The notes under the pieces: generated by a model
Told to the model about the DNA's origin: nothing
Seen by the model: only the letters and a program-made list of their open reading frames with translations
The model's database searches: none
Assembly (NCBI GenBank): GCA_964603585.1
Contig: CAZRVK010000009.1
Span: 7,319-71,318, forward strand
Reading direction: 5' to 3'
Source: an uncultured Planctomycetales bacterium
GTDB lineage: Bacteria > Omnitrophota > Gorgyraeia > Gygaellales > Profunditerraquicolaceae
Length of the DNA stretch: 64,000 nucleotides
Shown: positions 37,309 to 47,148 of the stretch, in pieces
Layout of the letters: each line of letters starts with the position of its first letter
Position numbering within the stretch: the stretch's first letter is position 1
Translations under genes and position numbers: made by a program

Positions 37309-39798
37309 CTATGGTGCGGGTGGGCTCCCTCCGAGAACAGGAACATTCCAAATATCTTTGGCATACTCACCAATCGTCCTGTCACTAGAGAATTTCCCGG
37401 ATTTTGCCACATTAATAATGGATTTCTCGATCCATTCCTGCTTGTTGGCATAAAGCTGGGTTGCATCCTCCTGGGTCCTGCAATAAGCATCGAAATCAGC
37501 ACAAATAAAATAGGTATCGCTATAAAGTAAATTATCCACGATCGGTTTAAACAGATTATAATCCATAGGAGAAAAGAAATTAGCCTGAATGAGCTGAATG
37601 ATCTCCTTTAAAACAGTAGAGCGTCCGATATACTCCTGCGGGTTATACCCGCTTCTTTGCATACTGCGGATATTCTCCACATTCAGTCCGAAAATAAATA
37701 TATTCTCTCGGCCCACCTCTTCAACCATCTCGACATTAGCCCCGTCTAAAGTGCCGATCGTCAACGCCCCGTTCATCATGAATTTCATACATCCAGTACC
37801 GGAGGCTTCAGCGCCTGCGGCGGATATCTGTTCAGAAAGATCGCTTGCCGGGAATATCTTTTCTGCAAGAGAAACCTGATAATTCTCCAGGAATACCAGC
37901 TTCATCCGGTCATTGGCCACCTTATCATTATTTATCACATCGGCTATACTGTTAATGAACTTAATGATCAATTTCGCCATAAAATAACTCGGCGCAGCCT
38001 TACCGGCAATAATAAAAGTCCGCGGGATAAAATTGGCCTTGGGATTCTTTTTTAATCTAAGATAATGCGAAATAATATAAAGTGCGAATAATAACTGACG
38101 CTTATACTCATGGATACGTTTAACCTGGACATCGAACATAGATTCAGGATCAACTACCACCCCGGTAGTTTTATAAATATAACTGGCCAGCACTTTCTTA
38201 TTCTCGACTTTAACCTTATACCATTTATCCCGAAAAGAATCATACCCCTTAAAAGCCATCAGTTTTTCCAGTTCATAAAGGTCGGTGATCCATTTCTTAC
38301 CGATCACCTCGCTAATCAGGTTAGAAAGCCCCGGGTTAGCCTTTTGCAGCCACCGGCGCTGTGTAATCCCGTTAGTTTTATTATTAAACCTTTCGGGGAA
38401 AAACTCATAAAAATCACGGAAGAGCTCGGATTTTAAAAGATTGGTATGCAGTTGAGAAACGCCGTTTACGGAATGCGACCCGATGATCGAAAGAAAGGCC
38501 ATCCGCACTCTTTTAGGGTTACCTTCATCAATAATGGACATACGGCGCAAACGGTCATTATCTCCCGGGAACCTGATCGCTACACTTTTTAAGAAACGCA
38601 TATTGATCTCAAAAATGATCTGCATATGCCTGGGAAGCAGGTTTTCCATCACTGGGATAGGCCAGCTTTCTAACGCTTCCGGCATAACAGTATGGTTTGT
38701 ATAAGCAAAAGTTTTTACTGTAATATCCCAAGCCAAGTCCCAATCAAGGTTCTCTTCATCAATTAATATGCGCATCAACTCTACGATCGCAAGCGAAGGA
38801 TGGGTATCATTCAGCTGGATCACCACCTTGTCGGGGAAATTCCGGAAATCGGAATTTTCCATTTTGAAACGGCGGATAATATCAGCAATAGAGGCCGCCG
38901 TAAAAAAATACTCCTGTTTAAGCCTAAGTTCCCGACCACGGATCACTTCATCGCTGGGATAGAGGACTTTAGAGATATTTTCAGAAAATATTTTATTATA
39001 AGCGGCCCGTTCATAGTCCCCTTCATTAAAATATTTCAGATCAAATTCCTCACTGCTCAAAGCCGACCATAAACGCAAGGTGTTCACCACATTAGTCTTG
39101 TATCCGGAAATAGGGATATCGTAAGGTTTAGCTAACACCTCTTCAGTATCCACCCATTTGGCCCGTAATTTACCTTTGGAATCGTTAAACATATAGGTGT
39201 GCCCGTAAAATTGGACCTTTACGGTATATTCAGTACGGGCAAATTCCCAAGGACAGCCTTTACTTAACCATTCATCAGGAAACTCAACCTGGTATCCCCG
39301 AAGTATTTTTTGCTTAAATATACCGTAATCATACCTGATCCCATAACCATGAGCAGGGATACCTAAAGTAGCCATAGAATCAAGGAAACAAGCCGCCAAC
39401 CTCCCTAAACCGCCGTTTCCAAGCCCGGCATCGGCTTCGCATTCACGGATATCCTCAAGATCAAAACCCAAATCCGACATCGCCTGGGTCACTTCATTTT
39501 CCAACCCCAGATTAAACATATTCGTCCCGAATAAACGGCCGATCAGGAATTCAAGGGATAAATAATATACCCGCTTTACATTATCTTTATGATAATTCTG
39601 TTGAGTAACTATCCAGCGTTCGATCAAACGATCACGGACAACTATAGCTAAGGCAATAAAATCATCATTTAAGGTGGCGGTATACTGGTCTTTGGCAAGG
39701 GCGTATTCACGATTAGTCAGGAATGACCTTTTAATCCCTTCTGTAGTCATATCCTTATGAATACTCAACCAAATGGTATCAACTTTATTCTTAGCCAT
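37309..39798 (-). CDS. glgP: glycogen/alpha-glucan phosphorylase
   Basis: 829 aa with the PLP site EASGTGCMKFMMNGALTIGTLDGANVE. Confidence 0.9.
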   Translation of the reverse strand: MAKNKVDTIWLSIHKDMTTEGIKRSFLTNREYALAKDQYTATLNDDFIALAIVVRDRLIERWIVTQQNYHKDNVKRVYYLSLEFLIGRLFGTNMFNLGLENEVTQAMSDLGFDLEDIRECEADAGLGNGGLGRLAACFLDSMATLGIPAHGYGIRYDYGIFKQKILRGYQVEFPDEWLSKGCPWEFARTEYTVKVQFYGHTYMFNDSKGKLRAKWVDTEEVLAKPYDIPISGYKTNVVNTLRLWSALSSEEFDLKYFNEGDYERAAYNKIFSENISKVLYPSDEVIRGRELRLKQEYFFTAASIADIIRRFKMENSDFRNFPDKVVIQLNDTHPSLAIVELMRILIDEENLDWDLAWDITVKTFAYTNHTVMPEALESWPIPVMENLLPRHMQIIFEINMRFLKSVAIRFPGDNDRLRRMSIIDEGNPKRVRMAFLSIIGSHSVNGVSQLHTNLLKSELFRDFYEFFPERFNNKTNGITQRRWLQKANPGLSNLISEVIGKKWITDLYELEKLMAFKGYDSFRDKWYKVKVENKKVLASYIYKTTGVVVDPESMFDVQVKRIHEYKRQLLFALYIISHYLRLKKNPKANFIPRTFIIAGKAAPSYFMAKLIIKFINSIADVINNDKVANDRMKLVFLENYQVSLAEKIFPASDLSEQISAAGAEASGTGCMKFMMNGALTIGTLDGANVEMVEEVGRENIFIFGLNVENIRSMQRSGYNPQEYIGRSTVLKEIIQLIQANFFSPMDYNLFKPIVDNLLYSDTYFICADFDAYCRTQEDATQLYANKQEWIEKSIINVAKSGKFSSDRTIGEYAKDIWNVPVLGGSPPAP

Positions 39799-39812
39799 AT
39801 TTATCTTTGGGG

Positions 39813-40253
39813 TTATAAGCAGCTGTAATATGCGTAGATCACATCGCGCCGGCCGACAATTCCGACTATAAAATCACCTTCCACAACCGGAAGAGTATGA
39901 ATATTCTTATCTCGCATCAGACTGATTATTTCATGAAGGGTGGTTTCGCGATTAATGGTAGAAACATTCCTGGTCATAACATCTTTGACTAAAGTTGCCT
40001 CATTCAAAGCAGGAGACTCTCCTGCCACCGATTTCTCCATGACCTTGAACAGGTCAGTAACTGTAATGATCCCGGCTATTTTACCTATTGAAGAGACAAC
40101 CGGCGAGCCACTGATCCTCAAACGCATCATCTGATGCGCCACGCCAAGCAAAGGATCATCCTCCTTAACAGTGACCGCAAAAGGGGTCATAATATTCGTG
40201 GCTTTGATTTGTTTTATCTTTTCCGTAATATCTATTTTACTCTGGCTATCCAT
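39813..40253 (-). CDS. CBS-pair domain protein
   Basis: 146 aa with two CBS motifs. Confidence 0.7.
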   Translation of the reverse strand: MDSQSKIDITEKIKQIKATNIMTPFAVTVKEDDPLLGVAHQMMRLRISGSPVVSSIGKIAGIITVTDLFKVMEKSVAGESPALNEATLVKDVMTRNVSTINRETTLHEIISLMRDKNIHTLPVVEGDFIVGIVGRRDVIYAYYSCL

Positions 40254-40380
40254 AGCTCTCCTCTTTTACAACATCATTTCCCGATCATTCACTGAAGAAT
40301 AAAATATCTATTTTATTTTATCATTAAACAATCTGCTGTTCAATTTAAATATATAAAATAATTACGTGCGGAACAAGCCT

Positions 40381-41514
40381 TTACGTAAGCCACTTAGGAG
40401 AGCCTTCTCCTATAAAATTGCTTAAGAAAACCGGGAAATCCGCTTCCACTAAGCGCATATCATAGAAATCATTAGCCCCGGCCTTTTGCCACCGGTTCTT
40501 CATCTCCCGAAGCACCGCTATATTATCGCGTTCTGCTCCCTGGACCCGCCAGTTACAATACATAATGATCAAAACATCTTTGTTCTTAATGGTACGTATC
40601 TTGGCAATAAAATCCGCCGGATTGCTTTTTACTCCCGTTAAATATACAACAACGATCTTATATTTAGATGCCTTTGCATGCTCAAATACAGCCTCTTCAT
40701 CGCGGGCAAGATGCACTTCATAACGATATGACCGCAGAGCATCAGTAATCCGGTCAGAAACGGTATCATCAGAAAGGACCAGGGCCTTATCTTTAAGCAA
40801 ATACCGGATCTTATCTACCATTTCCTTGCCGTCAAAAGGCTTGGATACAAATTCATCTACATCGGAAGCCGCAAAAATATCCCGCATCATAGACCGGGCG
40901 GTAAGGACAATAACCGGTATATTGGCATAAAGCGGATCTTTTTTAATGGTTTTATAAAACTCAAATCCATCCATCACCGGCATTAAGACATCCAAAACGA
41001 TTAGATCAGGATTCTCACTCTTAACCTTATCTAACCCCTCCCTGCCGTTAGAAGCGATAACTACATCAAAATCACTCGCCCGCAGCCTCATCCCCAGCAG
41101 CTCGGTGATCGCCGGCTCATCATCAATCAACAATACCTTCTTGGCTAAGGCATCACCGATATGTTTCCTGACTTTAGCGATCAGCTCTGCGGCCTCAAAA
41201 GGCTTGATAATATAATCTTTAACACCCTCGATCTGCAGCACCTTGACCATACGCTGATGTGCGGTAAGGACAATGACCGGGATTGCGCGAGTTGAAACAT
41301 CCTCTTTGATCCTGGAGACAAAATTATACCCGTCGATCTTAGGCATCATAATATCCAACAGGATCAAATCAGGCTTAATGTTCTTGGCCTTTTCCAGTCC
41401 GTCCTCTCCGTCAAAGGAACCGATAACCTCATAACCTTTCGCTTCCAGACGCAGACGCACCAATTCTACCATATCCTCTTCATCATCGATAACCAAGACC
41501 TTTTTGGGCATCAT
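40381..41514 (-). CDS. response regulator with two receiver domains plus a third degenerate receiver-like domain, no output domain
   Basis: REC1 covers residues 5-120 (DD...D...K) and REC2 residues 127-245. The C-terminal 130 aa is REC-like but lacks the phospho-Asp context. Confidence 0.7.
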   Translation of the reverse strand: MMPKKVLVIDDEEDMVELVRLRLEAKGYEVIGSFDGEDGLEKAKNIKPDLILLDIMMPKIDGYNFVSRIKEDVSTRAIPVIVLTAHQRMVKVLQIEGVKDYIIKPFEAAELIAKVRKHIGDALAKKVLLIDDEPAITELLGMRLRASDFDVVIASNGREGLDKVKSENPDLIVLDVLMPVMDGFEFYKTIKKDPLYANIPVIVLTARSMMRDIFAASDVDEFVSKPFDGKEMVDKIRYLLKDKALVLSDDTVSDRITDALRSYRYEVHLARDEEAVFEHAKASKYKIVVVYLTGVKSNPADFIAKIRTIKNKDVLIIMYCNWRVQGAERDNIAVLREMKNRWQKAGANDFYDMRLVEADFPVFLSNFIGEGSPKWLT

Positions 41515-41584
41515 ACCCCCTGTATGTTAAGATTTTACCCTGAAAGCAATGGTTTGGCAAGACAAAAACAAAAAAGGAGCTGGA

Positions 41585-42832
41585 TCAATACTGCTTTTTC
41601 CCACGATAAAAAGCATCCAGTGCAGCAGGAAAAGGGGATAAAACCCTCTCTACTACACCTTGCAGCAGAGATATGCAAATACCGTAATTCGTGACGGCGA
41701 CCCCGGAATCTTTCGCCTTTTGCATCCTAAACAGCATCTCTCTGCGGTTCAACATACATCCGCCGCAATGAACAACCAGTTTATATTCCCGCAGGTTCTC
41801 CGGATAATCATGACCGGAACAAATATCAACTTCCAGATCAACCCCGGCATACTGCCTTAACCAACGGGGTATCTTTATACGCCCAATATCATCTTCTATG
41901 GCGTGATGACTGCAGGCTTCAGCAATCAAAACTTTATCATTGGCTTTTAATCTGTCGATCACCGCGGCACCCCTCGCCGCTTCTATCAAGTCGCCTTTAA
42001 AACGGGAGAAAAGAATGGAAAATGTAGTGCATAAGATATCTTTCGGAGTGTCCGCCACCATCTTTAATACCACCTGCGAATCACATACTACCAGGTCCGG
42101 AGGCGACTTCAATCTTGCCAGTAAATGCGCATACTCACGCTCCTTAACTACCAAAGCCGCGGCATCATTATCCAGGGCATCACGTATGGTTTGCACTTGC
42201 GGCAGGATCAGACGACCTCGAGGCGCCTCCAGATCAATGGGAACAATTAAAACTGCAAGCCCCCCGCAAGGAAGCAAATCACCAACCAAAGGCGAAGGAT
42301 TCAAGAATTCATCAGGACAAACAGCCAAAAGATGCTGTTTTAGGATATTGATATAAGTATCCCGTTCAGACAGATTGATGCTGGAGCAGGCAAAATAATG
42401 CGCGCTTTTAGATGCAAGATGTTTGACAAATCCATCCGTAAGGGCCCCCAAGTCACTTTTATTAACAACAATGATCACCGGGATTTCTTTCTTTACTGCC
42501 TCACCAAGTATATTATCCTCATACTCATTCCAAACCCCTGGCTCGGTTAAAAGCATGATTATATCTGAACGCTCAAAGACCTTCTTGGTCTTTTTAAGCC
42601 TAAGAGAGGATAGCAATGATTTATCATCCAGGCCTGCGGTATCTAAAAAAACCACCGGACCTAAAGGTAAAAGTTCCATGGTTTTTTCTACCACATCGGT
42701 TGTGGTTCCTGCAACCGGAGAAATGATCGCTACATCCTGGCCCGCTACCATATTCAAGAAACTGGATTTCCCGACGTTCGTACGGCCGAATAAACCGATA
42801 TGCAATCGTAGTGATTTAGGAGTTTTTTCCAT
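41585..42832 (-). CDS. hydF: [FeFe] hydrogenase maturase GTPase HydF
   Basis: G1 motif GRTNVGKSS, a GTPase domain and a C-terminal CxH...C cluster domain. Confidence 0.8.
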   Translation of the reverse strand: MEKTPKSLRLHIGLFGRTNVGKSSFLNMVAGQDVAIISPVAGTTTDVVEKTMELLPLGPVVFLDTAGLDDKSLLSSLRLKKTKKVFERSDIIMLLTEPGVWNEYEDNILGEAVKKEIPVIIVVNKSDLGALTDGFVKHLASKSAHYFACSSINLSERDTYINILKQHLLAVCPDEFLNPSPLVGDLLPCGGLAVLIVPIDLEAPRGRLILPQVQTIRDALDNDAAALVVKEREYAHLLARLKSPPDLVVCDSQVVLKMVADTPKDILCTTFSILFSRFKGDLIEAARGAAVIDRLKANDKVLIAEACSHHAIEDDIGRIKIPRWLRQYAGVDLEVDICSGHDYPENLREYKLVVHCGGCMLNRREMLFRMQKAKDSGVAVTNYGICISLLQGVVERVLSPFPAALDAFYRGKKQY

Positions 42833-42920
42833 AAATATAGTCCCTTTGCTGTTGTTAGGGTCACCATCCTGGCCCTAGTCCCAAAACCACAACTTACCTT
42901 AAACCTTTAAACAAATTCAA

Positions 42921-43979
42921 CTAAGCCAGATCACTAAATAAACTATCTCCCCGCGAATAATCAAGCTCCCTGCCTATAGAGTTTACTTTCTTCTTCAAGC
43001 AGCCAAGACAGGTACGCGACTCTTCACTGATACATCTTTTGCCGGGATAAATCTCATAGAGGGCTTTGTATTTCAAAGGCGTAAAGTTCGGCATCAAAAC
43101 ATTGGCGCCGATCTTTAAACCATCAACGCGGTAATCCTCCTCCTGACTGCCTAATGCAGTAGTTGCCGGAAGATGCGGATATTTTGTCACAATGCGTGTT
43201 AACGCCAAGGTTTTTAAGGTAAGGCGCGTATCTCCCCTGGATTGCGAAGACAATTTAGTCCTCTGATGGGGGATAAACGGCCCGATACCGATCATATCAA
43301 AGTTATTCTGCTTAAAGAAAATGATGTCTCCGGCAATATGCTTCAGACTTTGGCCCTTTAAACCAATGATATTGCCTGAACCAACCTGATATCCCAATTC
43401 TCTCAACTGGCGTAAACATCTTAGCCGGTTTGGGAAACTCATCCCCGGATGAAGCGATTCATATAACTTCCGGTCCGAAGTCTCTATTTTTAATAAATAC
43501 CGGTCAGCTCCGGCCCGGCGCCATACTTTATATTCTCTAAGCGTTCTTTCCCCCAGGCAAAGCGTTATCGCAATACTAAACTTGGCCTTTATTTCTTGAA
43601 TAATCCCGGCAAACCAGAGATAATCCAGAGCATCATCCTCCCCTGACTGCAGAACTACAGTTTTTATGCCGGCTGCGGACAATCGCGCGATACTTCCCAG
43701 GATCTCTTTGCTGGTTAAACGGTACCTTTGTAAATTGCGGTTATTCCGATTAAGGCCGCAATATAAACAGGCATTCCGGCAAAAGCTTGAGAACTCGACG
43801 ATACCTCTTAACAAAACGCCCGGACCAGCAAATTCAGCTCTAACCTCATCGGCAAAACAAAAAAGCTTGCACAATGCAGCATCGTTCTTTAAGGAAAGCA
43901 GATACTCGAGATCTTTACTATCGGGGATATCTGCGTCATAGATCCTTTTTAAAATCAGGTCCGTTTTAGACAAACTCAT
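42921..43979 (-). CDS. hydE: [FeFe] hydrogenase maturase HydE (radical SAM)
   Basis: CRNACLYC radical-SAM motif, 352 aa, biotin-synthase-like. Confidence 0.8.
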   Translation of the reverse strand: MSLSKTDLILKRIYDADIPDSKDLEYLLSLKNDAALCKLFCFADEVRAEFAGPGVLLRGIVEFSSFCRNACLYCGLNRNNRNLQRYRLTSKEILGSIARLSAAGIKTVVLQSGEDDALDYLWFAGIIQEIKAKFSIAITLCLGERTLREYKVWRRAGADRYLLKIETSDRKLYESLHPGMSFPNRLRCLRQLRELGYQVGSGNIIGLKGQSLKHIAGDIIFFKQNNFDMIGIGPFIPHQRTKLSSQSRGDTRLTLKTLALTRIVTKYPHLPATTALGSQEEDYRVDGLKIGANVLMPNFTPLKYKALYEIYPGKRCISEESRTCLGCLKKKVNSIGRELDYSRGDSLFSDLA

Positions 43980-45357
43980 CCCTCATCCCATTATCAATAT
44001 CGGCAAAAAATCTTGGCAGTTGATCAATGATATCCTTGTCCAGCTGCTGTTTAAGCTGGTCAATTAACTGATACCCATCCCTTTTGACCTTTGGAGAAGC
44101 AAAATCATCAAGGTATTCTTTTAAGGTAATTATAGCGTTAAGGCTGCATTTGCCTTTAATCGTCCCGGGTTTCGCTAAGTTCATAAACGCCTCTCCGGTC
44201 CTTTCCTTGCGGTAACAGGCCGCGCAAAAACTAGGGATAAACCTTTTTTCGATCAAAGATCCCACAACATCATCCAGGGTACGCTGATCTCCTAAAGTAA
44301 ATTGGATATCGGTATCTTGATTATTGTCTGCAGAGGAATACCCCCCGGGCGAGGTCCTAGACTCCGCGCTTATCTGCGATACGCCTAAAGAGAATAAGGC
44401 ATCACGCATTTGCGCATTCTCACGAGTAGAAAGGATTAATCCGGTATAAGGCACTGCCAGCCGGATGACCGCAACTAATTTCTTAAAATCATCGTCGTTG
44501 ACCTTATAAGGCATATCCCGGGTGAATTCGACTCCTTCTGCCGGCTCAATGCGCGGGACCGAGATCGTATGCGGGCCAACATTAAAGGTATTCTCCAGAT
44601 GCTCTACATGCATCAGCATCGCCAGCGTATCGAACTTCCAATCGTACAAACCATATAATACACCGATGCCTACATCATCTATACCGGCATGAAATGCCCG
44701 GTTTACCGCATCCAGTCGGTTATCCGGGTCGCTTTTAGGGCCTTTAGGATGCAGCCGGCGGTAAGTTTGTTCATGATAAGTCTCCTGAAATATCTGATAG
44801 GTCCCAATCCCGGAAGATTTCAATTGTTTAAAATCTTCGGTACTAAGAGGCGCACAATTTATATTCACTCTTTTGATCTTATGTACTCCCACGCCTGCGG
44901 CATAAACCGCCCTTACCGCAGCAGTATAATAATCTACATTTCTCAAGCCTCCTGGTGCAGATTCTCCGGCAACAACCAGTATCCTTTTATGCCCGCGCCT
45001 AAGGAGCCACTCTACCTGCTTCTTTATCTCATCAGGGCTAAGCGCTTTTCTTTTGGTAACCGGGTTATCGAATTTAAAAGCACAGTAAAGGCAATTATTT
45101 GAACAAAAGTTACTGATATAAAGCGGAGCAAAAAGCACCACCCTGCGGCCATAAATTGTATCTTTGACATAAGAAGCCGCGGAAAAGATCTTATTTAATA
45201 AGCCCGGATCGCTGACATTTAGAAGTATGGCGGTTTCCTTTAGTGTTAACCGGCATAAGGATCTTGATTTATTTAAGATCTTTTCCACCTCCACGAAAGG
45301 GACCTGCCGGGTATCATCTAAAAGGCTAAAGATCTTTTTATCATCAATATATTTCAT
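43966..45357 (-). CDS. hydG: [FeFe] hydrogenase maturase HydG (radical SAM tyrosine lyase)
   Basis: CSNNCLYCAF and the C-terminal Cys motif CAACYRKE. 463 aa. Confidence 0.8.
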   Translation of the reverse strand: MKYIDDKKIFSLLDDTRQVPFVEVEKILNKSRSLCRLTLKETAILLNVSDPGLLNKIFSAASYVKDTIYGRRVVLFAPLYISNFCSNNCLYCAFKFDNPVTKRKALSPDEIKKQVEWLLRRGHKRILVVAGESAPGGLRNVDYYTAAVRAVYAAGVGVHKIKRVNINCAPLSTEDFKQLKSSGIGTYQIFQETYHEQTYRRLHPKGPKSDPDNRLDAVNRAFHAGIDDVGIGVLYGLYDWKFDTLAMLMHVEHLENTFNVGPHTISVPRIEPAEGVEFTRDMPYKVNDDDFKKLVAVIRLAVPYTGLILSTRENAQMRDALFSLGVSQISAESRTSPGGYSSADNNQDTDIQFTLGDQRTLDDVVGSLIEKRFIPSFCAACYRKERTGEAFMNLAKPGTIKGKCSLNAIITLKEYLDDFASPKVKRDGYQLIDQLKQQLDKDIIDQLPRFFADIDNGMRDEFV

Positions 45358-46754
45358 GCCCCCTCCGGATCGTTAGATTTGGACTGCTTATATCCCAAAG
45401 ACATCAGGTTCTCAACGGATAAAACCTGTTTTACTAAATCATCCCCCAGCTTTTTTCCTAAGAACTCCTGGATATTCTCATTCTTGGTTTGAGCAAATTC
45501 CTTTAATATTTTACTTGCCTGGTCATAACCGATATGCGGCAGAAAAGCGGTAATGATCACCGGGCTTTTCTTAAAATACTCCTGGCATTTTTCTTCGTCC
45601 GCGCTTATCGCATACACATGGGTTTTAAACATTGCGCAGGTATTAATCAAAAGATCGAGCGACTCTAAGATTCCTTGTGCCAAAAGCGGCATAAATTCAT
45701 TGATCTGTAAAGTGCTACGGGATGCGGCTTCAAAAACCATTCCGCAATTGGCATTAACTTTAAGCCCCGCCTGAATTACCGACTCCAGGACAACCGGATT
45801 GACTTTCCCGGGCATGATCGAAGATCCTGCCTGCAAGACAGGTAACTTTATTTCGCCCAAGGCATGCAAAATACGCAGGTCATTCGCAATTTTAATCAAG
45901 TTGCCGGCATGCGCATTAAGAATACCGCAAACCTCTACAAAAGCATCACTATTGGCGGTCTGATCCACAGTATTTTCTCCCCGCGACAACCCTATCCCGG
46001 TGAGTTCCCGTAATTTTTCAATTACCAGAAAAATATAACTGCGCGGACTGGCCAACCCGGTTCCGACCGCTGTCCCGCCCATATTGACTACCCTTAAACG
46101 CTCTTGGCACTTAAACACCCTCCAACGGTCGCGGGCAACCGCCTCGGAATAAGCACTGAATTCCGCGCCCATCGATAATGGAACCGCCTCCTGTAATTCT
46201 GTACGGCCGATTTTAACTATCCGGGCAAATTCATTTTCTTTCTTTTGAAAGGCATCCTGCAGGCCAGTGATCATTTCGCTTAATTCTCTTAACGCAAGCA
46301 TAACTGCGATCTTTAATGCTGTCGGATAAACATCGTTAGTCGACTGATGCAGGTTAACATCCTCTAAGGGATGGACTAAACGATCATCACCGATTTTTCC
46401 CCCTAATAATTCTATAGCACGATTAGCAATCACTTCATTGACATTCATATTCGTGGAAGTTCCTGCCCCGCCCTGAAGGGCGTCCAGCGGGAACTGGCCA
46501 TCTAATTTACCTGCGATAACCTCATCACAGGCAGAGATGATGGCGGAAGCTTTATCTTTTTCCAAAAAACCCAACTCTAAATTACTTAAAGCCGCGGCTT
46601 TTTTTACCTTAGCCATTGACTTAATTAAACGCGGGCTTACTTTAGATCCGCTTAAAGTAAAATTATCTTTGGCCCGCTGTGTATGTATCCCCCAATAAAT
46701 ATCCCGGGGGATCTTCTTTTCGCCTAAAAGGTCTTTTTCGATCCTGTATTCCAT
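45354..46754 (-). CDS. aspA: aspartate ammonia-lyase/fumarase class II family protein
   Basis: GSSIMPGKVNP signature, 466 aa. This family is commonly linked to hydEFG clusters. Confidence 0.75.
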   Translation of the reverse strand: MEYRIEKDLLGEKKIPRDIYWGIHTQRAKDNFTLSGSKVSPRLIKSMAKVKKAAALSNLELGFLEKDKASAIISACDEVIAGKLDGQFPLDALQGGAGTSTNMNVNEVIANRAIELLGGKIGDDRLVHPLEDVNLHQSTNDVYPTALKIAVMLALRELSEMITGLQDAFQKKENEFARIVKIGRTELQEAVPLSMGAEFSAYSEAVARDRWRVFKCQERLRVVNMGGTAVGTGLASPRSYIFLVIEKLRELTGIGLSRGENTVDQTANSDAFVEVCGILNAHAGNLIKIANDLRILHALGEIKLPVLQAGSSIMPGKVNPVVLESVIQAGLKVNANCGMVFEAASRSTLQINEFMPLLAQGILESLDLLINTCAMFKTHVYAISADEEKCQEYFKKSPVIITAFLPHIGYDQASKILKEFAQTKNENIQEFLGKKLGDDLVKQVLSVENLMSLGYKQSKSNDPEGA

Positions 46755-46756
46755 AT

Positions 46757-47008
46757 TTACTTTCCTTTGCTAAGGGCGGACTTTACTGACACCCCCTCTA
46801 ACAAGCCCAATTTGCCGGTAAATGAACCTACCTCATCTGTCGTCGCATCCACGATCAAAACAATGACACTACAGGATTTCTTGGCATAAGGCAGACCCAT
46901 TCTGGCCACGACTAACTCACCAAACTCGGAAATGATATTATTCACGCCCAATGCCGAGCGCTTCCTGTTTTCAATAATGATCCCCACAAAGCCCAGTCTT
47001 TTTTCCAT
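46757..47008 (-). CDS. small ACT-like 'iron-only hydrogenase system regulator' (TM1266-like)
   Basis: 83 aa, in the position conserved next to hydG and hydA in many anaerobes. Confidence 0.5.
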   Translation of the reverse strand: MEKRLGFVGIIIENRKRSALGVNNIISEFGELVVARMGLPYAKKSCSVIVLIVDATTDEVGSFTGKLGLLEGVSVKSALSKGK

Positions 47009-47148
47009 CTCGCTCGCTCCTTTATCCGGGATTTTAGCCCAAAAAAATCCCGGCTCTACTTAATCTTGCAGTAAAGTCGGGATAGTATTATTATTTTGTA
47101 TCCCCATGGTTTCAGAGTTGCCTCCTTACCGCAGGATATAACCAGCTA

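Noticed and set aside
37220-37502. Small ORFs (77 and 74 aa) between gpmA and glgP
   Set aside because: They overlap the glgP 3' end or lie in the short intergenic region. No motifs or Shine-Dalgarno.
47009-47148. 10-bp hairpin CCGGGATTTT..AAAATCCCGG between hndD and the small regulator
   Set aside because: It has no U-tract and the downstream gene has its own Shine-Dalgarno. Function is undetermined and it is not a clear terminator.
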